Origin: Octopus vulgaris
Taxonomy: Eukaryota
Direction of reading: 5' to 3'
Assembly: GCA_951406725.2 (NCBI GenBank)
Contig: OX597829.1
Location: 45,198,001-45,262,000, forward strand
Length of the DNA: 64,000 bases
Shown here: one piece after another, positions 27,308-39,722 of the stretch
How positions within the stretch are numbered: the stretch's first letter is position 1
Layout of the letters: every line of letters begins with the position of its first letter
Notes under the pieces: generated by a model
Seen by the model: the letters and a program-made list of their open reading frames with translations, nothing else
What the model was told of the DNA's origin: nothing
Databases searched by the model: none
Translations under genes and position numbers: made by a program

Positions 27308-27756
27308 TGTGTGTGTGAGTATGTGTATATATGTATATTGTGTGTGTGAGAGTGTATATTTGTATGTATATATGTATGTATATGTATGTATATATACATG
27401 TATATGTATGTATGTGTATTTACGTGTGTGTATATATACATATTTGTGTATATATGTGAGTGTGTATGTGTGTATATATATGTGTGTGTGTGTGCATATA
27501 TATGTGTGTGTGTATATATATATGTATATACAGGTATTTGTATATATTTGTACACATTTTTATATATATGTATTTGTATATATGTGTATATACATATATA
27601 TATATATATATGCATGTATGTGTATACATGTATGTATATATGTGTGTGGATGTGTATATGTATATGCACATATACATATATATGTGTATATGTATATATA
27701 TATATAACTGACTAGGAAATGGATGCATGATGTTCGATCATATAATAATATGAATA

Positions 27757-27804
<48 letters not shown>

Positions 27805-27965
27805 ACGTATATGTGTATATATATGCATTATATATATGTACATATATGTGTGTATATATTATATATGTGTATATGTATATATGTGTGTATATATTATGTG
27901 TGTGTTTGTATGAATGTATGTATATATATATATATATATACATTCATATGTGTGTATGTATGTGT
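27308..27965. repeat. (TA/TG)n low-complexity tract
   Basis: Directly visible. Similar tracts lie at 23645-23835, 32635-33015, 39220-39722, 43770-44405 and 51880-54990. Confidence 0.95.
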
Positions 27966-28444
27966 TTTTATGTTTTACATAAATATTACGGCATATAAAA
28001 CGTGTGAGGAGAAACTAGTGAGCAGAATGATGGAGGAAGTGGGTGAGAGAGAGAGAGAGTGAGGGTGAGAGAGGCCAGACAGAGAGAGATATGCAAGTAA
28101 AAGATTTTTTATGGTTTTTTTTTTATTTATTGCTAGACAGAAATAAGTAAGCAAAACCTGTTTTGATTTTGGGACACTTTTGGATTTTTTTTTTTTTAAC
28201 GTTACTCATGTATGTGTCGCAATATCATATTTTGAACTGTATCTGAATCACCATACATTTTGTATTTATATTTATTGTATCATGCACTTTACTCCCCATA
28301 AACCTGAAAAATGTCTGACAACAACAACAAAAAAAAATTTTATTTTTCAAAAAAAAAAGAAAAAAAAACAATTTGATGTCCCCCCAAAGAGAAAATGTTA
28401 ATTTTTTTTTCTGCTGATGTTGTAACAACGGTTTCTGTTCACAG

Positions 28445-28507
28445 CGGCCCACATACAACGGGAAAAAAATGTGCGCCCCTCCTAAAATTATTCAGCTACA
28501 CTACCAG
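28445..28507 (+). CDS. TRPC-family channel, 63-nt exon leading into the C-terminal rib/coiled-coil helix
   Basis: GTTTCTGTTCACAG acceptor and CAG|GTGAGT donor. 21 open codons in phase 0/0: RPTYNGKKMCAPPKIIQLHYQ. The final YQ matches the start of the TRPC YQxVMxxLVxRY helix. Confidence 0.75.
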
Positions 28508-28947
28508 GTGAGTGAAGCTTGGTCTTCGCATTTTCGCAGTCCATTTGGATTGCAAAAAAAAAAAAAAAAAACATCCAGTAGTATCCTGAGCACTGAATAT
28601 ATTTTTGTATCAAAATCTAAAGACAAAAATCATCAAGAAAAAATATACATATGCATACATACAAACAAAACAAAAAAAAACAACATCTACAAAGCATTTC
28701 ATTTCATTCATATATGCACATACTTTCATTTTGTTAAGTTACCCATAAAGTTAATGCATCATACGTGTGCATAAATGCATGAATATATATATATGCGTAT
28801 GTATATGTGAGTCTGTGTATGTGTGTGTGTATATGTATATATATATATATTTATAATATCCATATCATTTGTGTATATATGTACCTGTGTGAGTGTGTAT
28901 ATACATATATTAATGTACACCTATATACATATACACAAATGCATACA

Positions 28948-28983
<36 letters not shown>

Positions 28984-30789
28984 TAGATAGAGAAAATTTG
29001 ACATTGGAAAAAAATTAAACACCCCACAATTTTTCCAATCTCTTATTTTCATATATATATCTAAACGTATATATGTATGTGTACATATATATGTATGTAT
29101 ATGCATTTATATATGTGTGTGTGTTCCTGTGCATATATACACTCATATATATATATGTTTATGTCTGTGCGTATATATATATATATGTATGTATGTATAT
29201 ACATATACGTATGTGTGTAATACATGCAGTATGTCCAAATGGTTAAGTTCACTTCCCAACCACAACATCCCAAGTTCAATCCCATTGCATGCCACCTTGC
29301 ACAAATATCTTTACTATAGCCTTGACTCAACCCGTACTATGTTAGAGAAACTGAGGAAATGAAAACTAAAACAAAACTTGCCATGTGGCCTAATGGTTAG
29401 GATGTTGCTCTTGCAAACATGTGATTGAAGTTTCAATTCCTGGATTTGGGTGGTGCACTGTTTTTTTGTGAGCAAAACACTTCATTCCATGTTGCTCCAG
29501 TCTACTTACCTGTAAATGGGTAGGGCTGTGGTGGACTCAAGTCTTGTTCAGGTAGGCGGCAGGGAATGTTGTGATTTTGGCAACATGGGAGATGCACATA
29601 TGAGCGGGAATACTCAACTATGGATACATTAATACAGGAACAAATAATTCAGTTTATCAGACAACTCATTCTTCATCACCTGACAGTAGACATCCAAACA
29701 CACACACACACATAGCTATAGATGGGGTATGTATGTGTGTGTATATATGTGTATGTCTGAATATTTATGGGTGTGTGTGTGTGTGTGTGTAGATACATAC
29801 ACATATAAAATTATAATTAAGGGTGTCTAAGAGATACCACCATGCTAGAGATAGCAGTCAAAAATTCTAATAATTAATACCTATCAAGTTTTTATTCCCA
29901 TACTGGCTAATGATATGATTGGTATTTTAAATAATTATCTAATCCATATTTATATAATACATAGATACATATACATATATTTCTTTTTAATTCGTTAATG
30001 GTAACGTTAGGGTTTCTGCAAAAAAAGCTCCTATTTCATTATACTGGCTACCATCTAATGATACTGACCAGTGAGTCAGTTTTTCAGGGTTGCATCATGA
30101 CTATACCAAAATAATGTAGGATAAATATTATAATAACAATAATTCCAGGATGGAATTTATAAATATTTAATACATCGCATGATGTTAAAATCACATAATT
30201 TGTGGAAATGCACACAGCGATGTATTAAATATTTATAAATTCCAGCCTAGATATATATATATATAGTTGCATTTAACATTAAGGAAAAAGTAGGAGATTT
30301 TAAGGTGTAGTATCCAAACCTTGTTATGAGAATGTCTCTTATAGTATGCCTAAAAGCACATTTAATGCATGTAGCTACCAGGTGTCATCCAGGGTAGTGT
30401 GCACTTTCGTTTCTGGATGTACATAAGGAATTCCCCAGTGCATGTTGAGTGTACTCTAAATGATTAATACAGCTTAATTCTGCACTGTTACCTAATTGGT
30501 GAGGAGTGGAATCAAATGCACCCAACAGTGCAGAAGAAACATCCTCAGGCCACGTAAATCAGTTAAGTGTTGTAGGATGTACACTTTGCTGATACATGTG
30601 CCAAGATGATGTTGGTATCATCATCATCATCATCATCGTTTAGCGTCCGTTTTCCATGCTAGCATGGGTTGGATGGTTCTACTGGGGTCTGTGAAGCCAG
30701 AAGGCTTCATCAGGCCCAGTCAAATCTGGCAGTGTTTCTACAGCTGGATGCCCTTCCTAACGCCAACCACTCCGTGAGTGTAGTGGGTG

Positions 30790-30842
<53 letters not shown>

Positions 30843-31110
30843 AGTAGGTGAATGAATTATCCTATGTTTATTGTCAGCATGGAAAATTCGTTTAACCGAA
30901 ACCTGGGTAGCAAATTCACGTCAGAAAACACGGTTGAAGCGACCTGTCAAGGGTAGGAACTCCGGGTTCATGTGTAGAAATTTGTGTGTTGTATATGAAT
31001 AAATGAAAGAATGGAGTCGAACGAAGATGTTAACAAAATTCGTGTGTTGTATATGAATTATACGAGAGTAAAGGAATTTTGTTAACATCTTCGTTCAACT
31101 CCATTCTTTC

Positions 31111-31177
<67 letters not shown>

Positions 31178-31179
<2 letters not shown>

Positions 31180-31409
31180 GGGTGCAGCAGAAAGTTTGCC
31201 TTGAATGCAAAGGTTAATAAAAAACAAACACATAAAGATACAAGAAAAAAACAATGCTCTCCATTCCAGGCAATGGTGGGTACTACCTAAAACAGAAGAA
31301 AAAAATGGCATTTAATGAACTTCATAGAAATTTGAAGTTTTTCCATGCATCGTTATGTGTTTGTTTTTATTAACCTCTGAAATCGGGGCAGCCTTTCTGC
31401 CACACCCTG
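31178..31409. mobile_element. Tc1/mariner-type MITE
   Basis: TA|CAGGGTG..GCAGAAAG ... CTTTCTGCCACACCCTG|TA, with ~70-bp imperfect TIRs and TA flanks. Confidence 0.8.
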
Positions 31410-31412
31410 TAA

Positions 31413-31463
<51 letters not shown>

Positions 31464-32974
31464 TTATTTAAAAGCAGCAAAAATATCACAAAAACTGTTA
31501 CTCAGAGTGTCATGTTCCCATTCGTCGGATAGTTTTGTTTAGAATGATTTTAAACAAAACTGTCTGATAAACGGGAACATGAAGCTCTGAGTAACAGTTT
31601 TTGTGATATCTTTGCTGCTTTTTAATAAAGCATATTACTCTACCTCTGGTATTCAAGAACTATTTTTTCCACCTTGTTTCGCATTTATGTGCTTACTCTG
31701 GTGTATATATATAAAATACAAAATGGGACAAGAACATAAAACATCCAGATGGTTAGGTAATACAAAAATGGGACAACAAAACATCTGGACAGACGATACA
31801 AAGAAAACAAGCACGGGTCATTCGAAGTTTTCTTTCCTCAGTTGAGTTCCAGATTATCTTTGCAATTTCGGCTGGTTATACTTGAGATTGCTCCAATCTG
31901 GCCAGCCCCAAGGAAAAACTAAGCTAAGAGCATTAGATTCCTTGGAAGAAAGCAGCAAATGAATACAAAAACAGGGACCAAAAAAAAAATGAAGAATCAT
32001 AACGGAATAAATAATTATGTCATAACTTTCATTAGCTTACAGCTGTTTCTGCTATAAGATGCAATGCACTCATAGTTGAATGCTTTGTAAAACCCTACAG
32101 CTTCGCAGGGGCTTCAAAAATTAATTGCAGTTTTATTTGGGTAAACATATACATTTATATATATTAGAAGAAATAAGATACTCAGAAATCTGGATGGTTT
32201 TATATTTACAGATTTTTATTAATATGTCACATATATTAACACTTGCATCCACTCTAGTGGATTCTTCAGATTGAATTTTTTGAGGAGATTCATCTCTATA
32301 TATATTTATATAAGTCCATAATCTAGGGCACATATAATATTTGCTAAGTCGCTGAGAAGAGAAATAGTAATGAGAGCAAAATAGGGAGAGAGAGCAAACA
32401 TAAGCAATATCAGATCAGATAGAATGATGGAAAGAGGAAGAGTATGATGGGTAAACACAGGGATATATAAGGGTAGTATCAACAGGAAAGTGACTAGCAA
32501 TAGCAGAGGTGAACCCAAAGTGCATTGAATATGAGCATGATCCAAAGCAGTAGCTTCTAGGTAGTTCTACCAAACGATGTGAGTCTAAGAGAAGTGAAGA
32601 AATGAGAAACAGGAGGAGGATATGAATTATAAGAATATGTATGTATATATGTGTGTGTATATGTAAGTATGTATTTATGTATGTATGCATGTATGTGTGC
32701 ATGCATGTATGTATGCATGTGTGTGCATGCATGTATGTATGCATGTATGCATACATGTATGTATGCATGCATGTATGTATGTGTGCATGTTTGTATGTAG
32801 CTATGTGCATATGTATGAATATGCATGCTTGTGTGTATATGTATGTACCTATGCATGTATGTATGAGAGTGTGTGTATGAGATGTAGGTATATATGCATG
32901 CATGTATGTATGTACCTATGTGTGCCTGTATGTATCTATATATATGTATGTAGATGTATATATGCATGTGTATG

Positions 32975-33009
<35 letters not shown>

Positions 33010-33565
33010 ATATAAGTATAGGTTTGGTAGAACAAATAAGACACAAAACTCAACACCTGAGTATATATATATACTTCTGATCATTTTCAGTCAGCAGAAA
33101 TTCACACAATGGTTAAAAGCTTTCGTACTAAAATGGAACTGTCAATCCTTGAGGCACTTCTGTAACTTTCTGTTGATTAAAAATCATTGGAAAGAAGATA
33201 TATTTATATACCTGCATTTGTCTGTGTGTCTATGTGTGATGTATGCATATATATATATATATATACAAACACACACCACACATATAAGACCAAAATAAAC
33301 ATGACATTTATTATATCTATTATAAGATCATAAAATTTGCACACACATACACGCATATTTATATATATATATATACATATATACACTGTATGTGTATGTG
33401 TGTGAGTGCATGCAAGGTGAGTGTGTGAGTATATATATAATTATCATATATGTACACACTCACACACTAGTGATGCACATACACTTATTATATTATAATT
33501 TGGTAATAATTAAAATAGTTAAAACTTTTTTGTTGTTCTTTACATAACATTATAAATATTACAAG

Positions 33566-33622
<57 letters not shown>

Positions 33623-34715
33623 GCCCTGATGCCGTACCAGGCAATGGCTCTCATGGCTTCTGATCTTAACTGATTGGAAGTGTTATCATGTACATTGTTT
33701 TGTCTTGGTATAAAAGATGGGCTACAGCAAATATTCTGCTCGATACCATAGATTTGCTTGTCAGTTGTTTGACCATAACCAGTTGAACATGTCCCTTAGT
33801 GGCTGACGATATGTGCATCTCTGATCACGAGCAGAAGTAGTGGGGGAGCATCATAGCCATGTGTTGAGAGGGATTCTTTGGGGTTTGAATAGTTCACCTC
33901 TGGAAACATGGGTGGTTCTTTCAACATCCTTAAACAACCCTTATTCAGGGACCGCTTGAGCGGGATGGGCTACTCAACCTGAAGAAAATTCTAACTGGGC
34001 CCCACCTGCAAGGTCATGAGCTGTTTATCTTGATATGAGATCACCATGTCGTGCACATATGGTTGTGATGCATGTGCCTAGTGTACCCTTATCAGACGGT
34101 TAGTCATGATGGGTATACTGGGCTTTGTATATTTTACCCCAGTGTCACTTTTATAGCATGCACTGCCCTCTCACTCAATAATAATAATAATAATAATAAT
34201 AATAGGTAAAAGAAAATGAGACATTGCATGTACAGTTGTTTTGGCCCCAGCGTATAATATCAGATCAAATCACATATGTAACAAATACGAATTAAGAATA
34301 TATATTTAGGGCTGTTTCAAAACTAAATATAAAATTTTTCCCTTGATTCTATTTGTAAATATATATAAAACCCATAAGCTAAGTCAGTTACGTATAACAT
34401 CAGTCCACGTTATTCACTATCTTTTGAAAGCTATCCGCTTATATGTGTTTGACGATGAACTATCGGTATGTGCAGTTCACGTGAGCTTGACATACTGGTA
34501 CTCACCTTCGTCATTAGCATCGACCACAGTAACACATTTGGATTACAAACCAAACGGAATTGGCAATTGGAGAGTTGCCTCCCCTGGTTTTCTAGGGTTA
34601 AATTTAATTGTTGATCTTAGATGACCGCCTCCCATTAAAACAAAAACCAGACCTGTCGTTCACTAAAATTCTCTTGTTCATTGCTTTGGCTATGGTAGCA
34701 TTTATTTATACCAGA

Positions 34716-35098
34716 CTAGCAGTATCGCCCGGCGTTGCTCGGGTTTGTAAGGGAAATAACTATATAAGCATTTTTAGAGAGTTATAGCCAAAAAAATAGC
34801 AAAAAAATGGGAAAAAAAATGATGGTAATTTTTTTTAAATCGTTGACTCATCGTAGACATTTTTAGAGAGTTACTTCCCTTATATAATAACGAAAAATGC
34901 ATTAAAATGGGAAAAAATGATGGTAAATTTTTTTTAAATCGTAGACTCATCGTAGACGCTCTAATACCCAGAAGGGCTCGATATGAATCACGACTATAAG
35001 ATACCCACTTTTGGTTAAACTGCACTGCAAAATGTGGGAGTAGTTAGGAATCTAAATCGTAGGAGACAGACACACAACTTCACTTTTATATATAAAGA
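34716..35098 (-). mobile_element. Non-autonomous Helitron
   Basis: The minus strand starts A|TCTTTATATATAAAAG and ends with the subterminal hairpin CCCGAGCAACGCCGGG followed by CTAG|T. It contains an internal tandem duplication. Confidence 0.85.
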
Positions 35099-35729
35099 TA
35101 TCTACAAAGTAGCTTGGTACTGCAGTATGGAATAAACACAATTATACACATACTGGTATGCTCTCGTATTCGTTCTATTTAGGGCACACCGTAGCAGAGT
35201 ACTCCACAAACACTTTAGTCTTTATCAATTTATTAATCATTTCAAGACTATTGAAAAGGTTGCAAGACGCAACGAAAATTTTAGGAAAATAAAAATAAGT
35301 GGAAATTTTACCAATGAGTGTGTTACATTATAAGGCACAAAAAGAAAATGACTCTCCCCAGACACAACAGAATATCATTTCACTGTTAAAAGCTTATACA
35401 ATCCATTTTTAGTGTAAAATTTATAAATTATCATCCATGTTAAGTTAGTTTAGTCCTGATTCCTTGTTAACCACTTAAGCAGGGGCTCCATATAACAACT
35501 ACTTAAAAGGTGGATGCTACTAACGGAAAATGGTTTAAGAACCACTGATTTAGAAATTAGAGAGAAAATTAGATAGAACAATGCAACATACACCACACTG
35601 AAGAATGCACCAACAATTATAAGAATGAGATATTTGTCATACACTTCAAGGCTGAGCTTATATTGACCCATGTACAGTCATGGACATAATTGCAAAGGGT
35701 TATGAGGCTTTTGATGCTTGGTCCTTTAA

Positions 35730-35949
35730 CCCTTTAGCATTCAAACCAGCCATATCCGGCCAAAATATTTAACCTGTTTTATACTGAAACTGACCAGATC
35801 TCGCCTCTCACTTCAGCCCTACCATGTCATTCTAAAACTAAAAAATCACATCACGGAAATCTCTAAACTACAAGATAATGCAGGATTAATTCAAACCATT
35901 TTAAATAAACAAATATCACATTTGACAGAATAATCTGAACACTAAAGGG
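35730..35949 (+). mobile_element. piggyBac-type MITE
   Basis: TTAA|CCCTTTAGCATTCA ... TGAACACTAAAGGG|TTAA, i.e. TTAA duplication plus TIR. Another copy at ~63156-63375. Confidence 0.85.
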
Positions 35950-36496
35950 TTAATATTTACCTTCGGCATTGTTGCTTTACTGAAAACTGTGCCTAAGAAT
36001 TATCATATGCAATGTAACTTGCAATGACTTCTCTAAATTCTTATACAACTGGCTATTAAAATATGCATGCACACACACAGCCTTCAAAGAATACAGAAAA
36101 GTAGCAAAATAGTCAACATTGCATAGCAAAATCTCATTATCTTATTGACTTAAGTAAGCTTTATAAATTACATACATATATGTATGTTGATTTGTGTGTA
36201 TGAGTAGATGTGTGTGTGTGTGTGTGTGTGTGTTTGTCTCTTTGTATGAATGTACGAGCAGGATGTGTACATGAGTATTGATGTATATACATATCCACTG
36301 TCCAACCCATGCTCATTTTGAAAATGGAAAATGATGATGATATATATATGTATATATACATACACACACATATACATATACACATGCATATAGATGGCAT
36401 CATCATCATTGTTTTAAAATCTATTTTTCCATGCTTACATGGGTCACATATACATACATGTATATGTGTGTGTGTATGCATGTGTAAATGTATATA

Positions 36497-36813
36497 TCAC
36501 TGTGATCACAGTGACCAATCAGGCTATCAGATGTTGTTACACATAGCTGGTCACAATGCGCTTTAGCCTTGTTTTAGCCTTCAAATGGCGCCACCCCGCT
36601 GACTAAGCGAGCAGGCCAACAGAAGAAAGAGTGAGAGAAAGTTGTGGCGAAAGAGTACAGCAGGGATCACCCCCCCGCCCCCCCTGCGGGAGCCTCGTGG
36701 AGCTTTAGGTGTTTTCGCTCAATAAACACTCACAACGCCCGGTCTGGGAATCAAAACCGCTGTCCTACAACCACGAGTCCACTGCCCTAACCACTGGGCC
36801 ATTGTGCCTCCAC
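36497..36813 (-). mobile_element. tRNA-derived SINE (family D)
   Basis: Minus strand reads GGAGGCACAATGGCCCAGTGGTTAGGGCAG..GGTTTTGATTCCC. A second copy lies at 48690-48974. Confidence 0.8.
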
Positions 36814-37171
36814 AAATGTATATATAATAAATACACACACTCAAACACACATGAGTATATATATCTAATGTTTCTGCTAAATATCTATAGTATATTAAAC
36901 TGCATATACCACATATACATGTTCAACCATAAATACTTACACACATGCACACACATATGCATGCATTAAAGAGAAAAAAAACATTAACCATTAACACAAC
37001 TGCAATTTCCCAGTAGTTCTGACGCTTTCTTCCCTAAAAGATATTGTCTCGTTCTTTTTGTCTTGTAATTTCGTAGTTAGAAAGTTTTTTTCTTGAAAAA
37101 AAAAATATTTTCAGAATTTGTATTGATATATGTATATTGATGTACGTGTGTATTTATATAAGTGTGTAATG

Positions 37172-37217
<46 letters not shown>

Positions 37218-38312
37218 ATATATATCTGTATTCATATATGCGTGTATATATATATATTTTGTGTTTATTCACATATGTATGCATTCATATTTGGGTATAT
37301 TGATGTATGTATACATATATATGTATTGATATACATGTGTGTTTACTCACATATGGATATATATTGCTTTATGTTATGTTTCATATGTGTATGTATGTTG
37401 ATTTATGCTTCTGTGAGTATGTGTATACATGCGTGTGCACATTTATGCTTGTAAGTATATGTATCTATGTCTATATGTAAGTATGTATGTCTATATGTAA
37501 ATATATATATACATACATATGTATATACATAAGAAATAAATTAAGTTGAAAATACAGAGAGAATATATGAAGATTTTTTTCAAATCAAAATTGATTAAAT
37601 AGATCTTCATATATATACTCTGTACAATTTCAAATTCATTTCTTTCTTGTATACGACTGCTTGTACGGATTAGTAACAATTTACATATGTATGTATATAT
37701 AGTTTATTTTTCCTTTAAGGTAAGATCGACAAAATATTTATTCCATCCGGTGAGGGAAAAATATCAATGAATGTACACTGTATATAGTTATGACCTACTA
37801 ACAGTTTCATACATTAGATATGTGGTCGAGACAGAACTTTATAACACACCTGAACACTAGGTATATTATGAAACCCTGCCAAAACTACATCTCCAATGTG
37901 TGTGTGTATATATATATATGTGTGTATATATATATATGAAAAATGTAAGGATAAACTCTATTTAAGATTTTATCATGTAGCCAGCATGTAAAACAGTTAA
38001 GGAACAAAATTAATACAATGTGTCTAATTTATTCCTTTATATATAAAATACATTATAATCTTAAGGGCTCTTACTGTGCGTAAAAAGCACAGGTTTTATG
38101 GGACTCTAAAGTCAAACTACTTCAATAAGTATAAACATGCACAAACATCATATGTACTTAAGTAGTTTCACATTAGAGTCCCATTAAAGTGTGTGTTATG
38201 ATGTACAGTAATAAGCCTTGATATCATATTATACTTTATATATATAAATGAATATAGATAAATATGTATATGTGTGTGTCTCTGTATATATATATAGAGA
38301 GAGATACACATA

Positions 38313-38366
<54 letters not shown>

Positions 38367-38530
38367 TATACATATATATAAACACACAATGATATCTGTA
38401 TAAATCTCACTATATGTATATGTGTAGGTATGGTATATATGTGGTGGTTTAATAAAGTATGTGATTGGGTATTATCTGGTAATTGATATTTGATTTGGAT
38501 GTATTTCTCCATTTTCTTATTTTGTATATA

Positions 38531-38570
<40 letters not shown>

Positions 38571-39327
38571 TAAATAAGGGTGAAAAATTAGATATTAATT
38601 TAATAATACCATCAGTTTAACACCAAGTGGCTTAGCACATAAAAACCAGGGAGACAATACAAATTTATACATAAATATAAGAGAGTTACTGTTAAGTGGT
38701 TAACTCAAGTGCTAAAAATAGCTCCTCATTCTGGTATAGCCACCGAAGTTGTTTCCACAAAAAAATAACATTACCCTCAATGTAAGGAAAGTGAAATACA
38801 ATGAAAAGATAGATTAAAGCTGAGCAATTGTTCCTTTATCAATATAATATGCAATTATACTCACATATTTATCTATAAGTCATCAGCAGCATTTGTCTTC
38901 GATACAATTTATTGGACCCTCACAAGCATCAAGTACCCATGCAGTCCAATCGATTGCATACATAGTTGTGATTCAGGTTCCCCGCCGAAAGCATGGTAAG
39001 ACTTAGTGGAAACGAATACTGCATATAATATTTACTGCAGTATCATTAAATTTATAAATTCATAAATAAGGGTGAAAAATTAGATATTAATTTAATAATA
39101 CCATCAGTTTAACACCAAATACCAGAATGAGGAGCTATTTTTAGCACTAGAGTTAACTACTTAACGGTAACTCTCTTATATTTATGTATAAATTTGTATT
39201 GTCTCCCTGGTTTTTATGTGCATATATATATACATCTATATATATGTATATATATATAGGTATATATATATGTATATATGTATGTATATATATGTCTGTA
39301 TATATATATGTATGTATATATGTATGT

Positions 39328-39358
<31 letters not shown>

Positions 39359-39680
39359 TATATGTATATGTGTATATGTATATATATGTACATATGTATA
39401 TGTATGTATATATATATATGTGTGTATATATATGTATATATGTGTATATATATGTATATATGTGTATATATATATATATATGCATATATATATGTACATA
39501 TATATGTATATATATATGTGTGTGTATATATATGTATATATGCATATATATATGTACATATATATGTGTATATATATGTGTGTATATATATATGTATATA
39601 TGCATATATACATGTACATATGTATGTATGTATATATATATGTATATATATGTATATATGCATATATATATGTAAATATG

Positions 39681-39721
<41 letters not shown>

Positions 39722-39722
39722 G

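Noticed and set aside
33091-33165. Possible next TRPC exon after TTTTCAG (SAEIHTMVKSFRTKMELSILEALL*)
   Set aside because: No similarity to the conserved TRPC C-terminal helix and an early stop. Unsupported.
34343-34624. 93-aa ORF and a minus-strand GTGAGT donor near 34500
   Set aside because: No homology recognised and no matching acceptor or partner exons.
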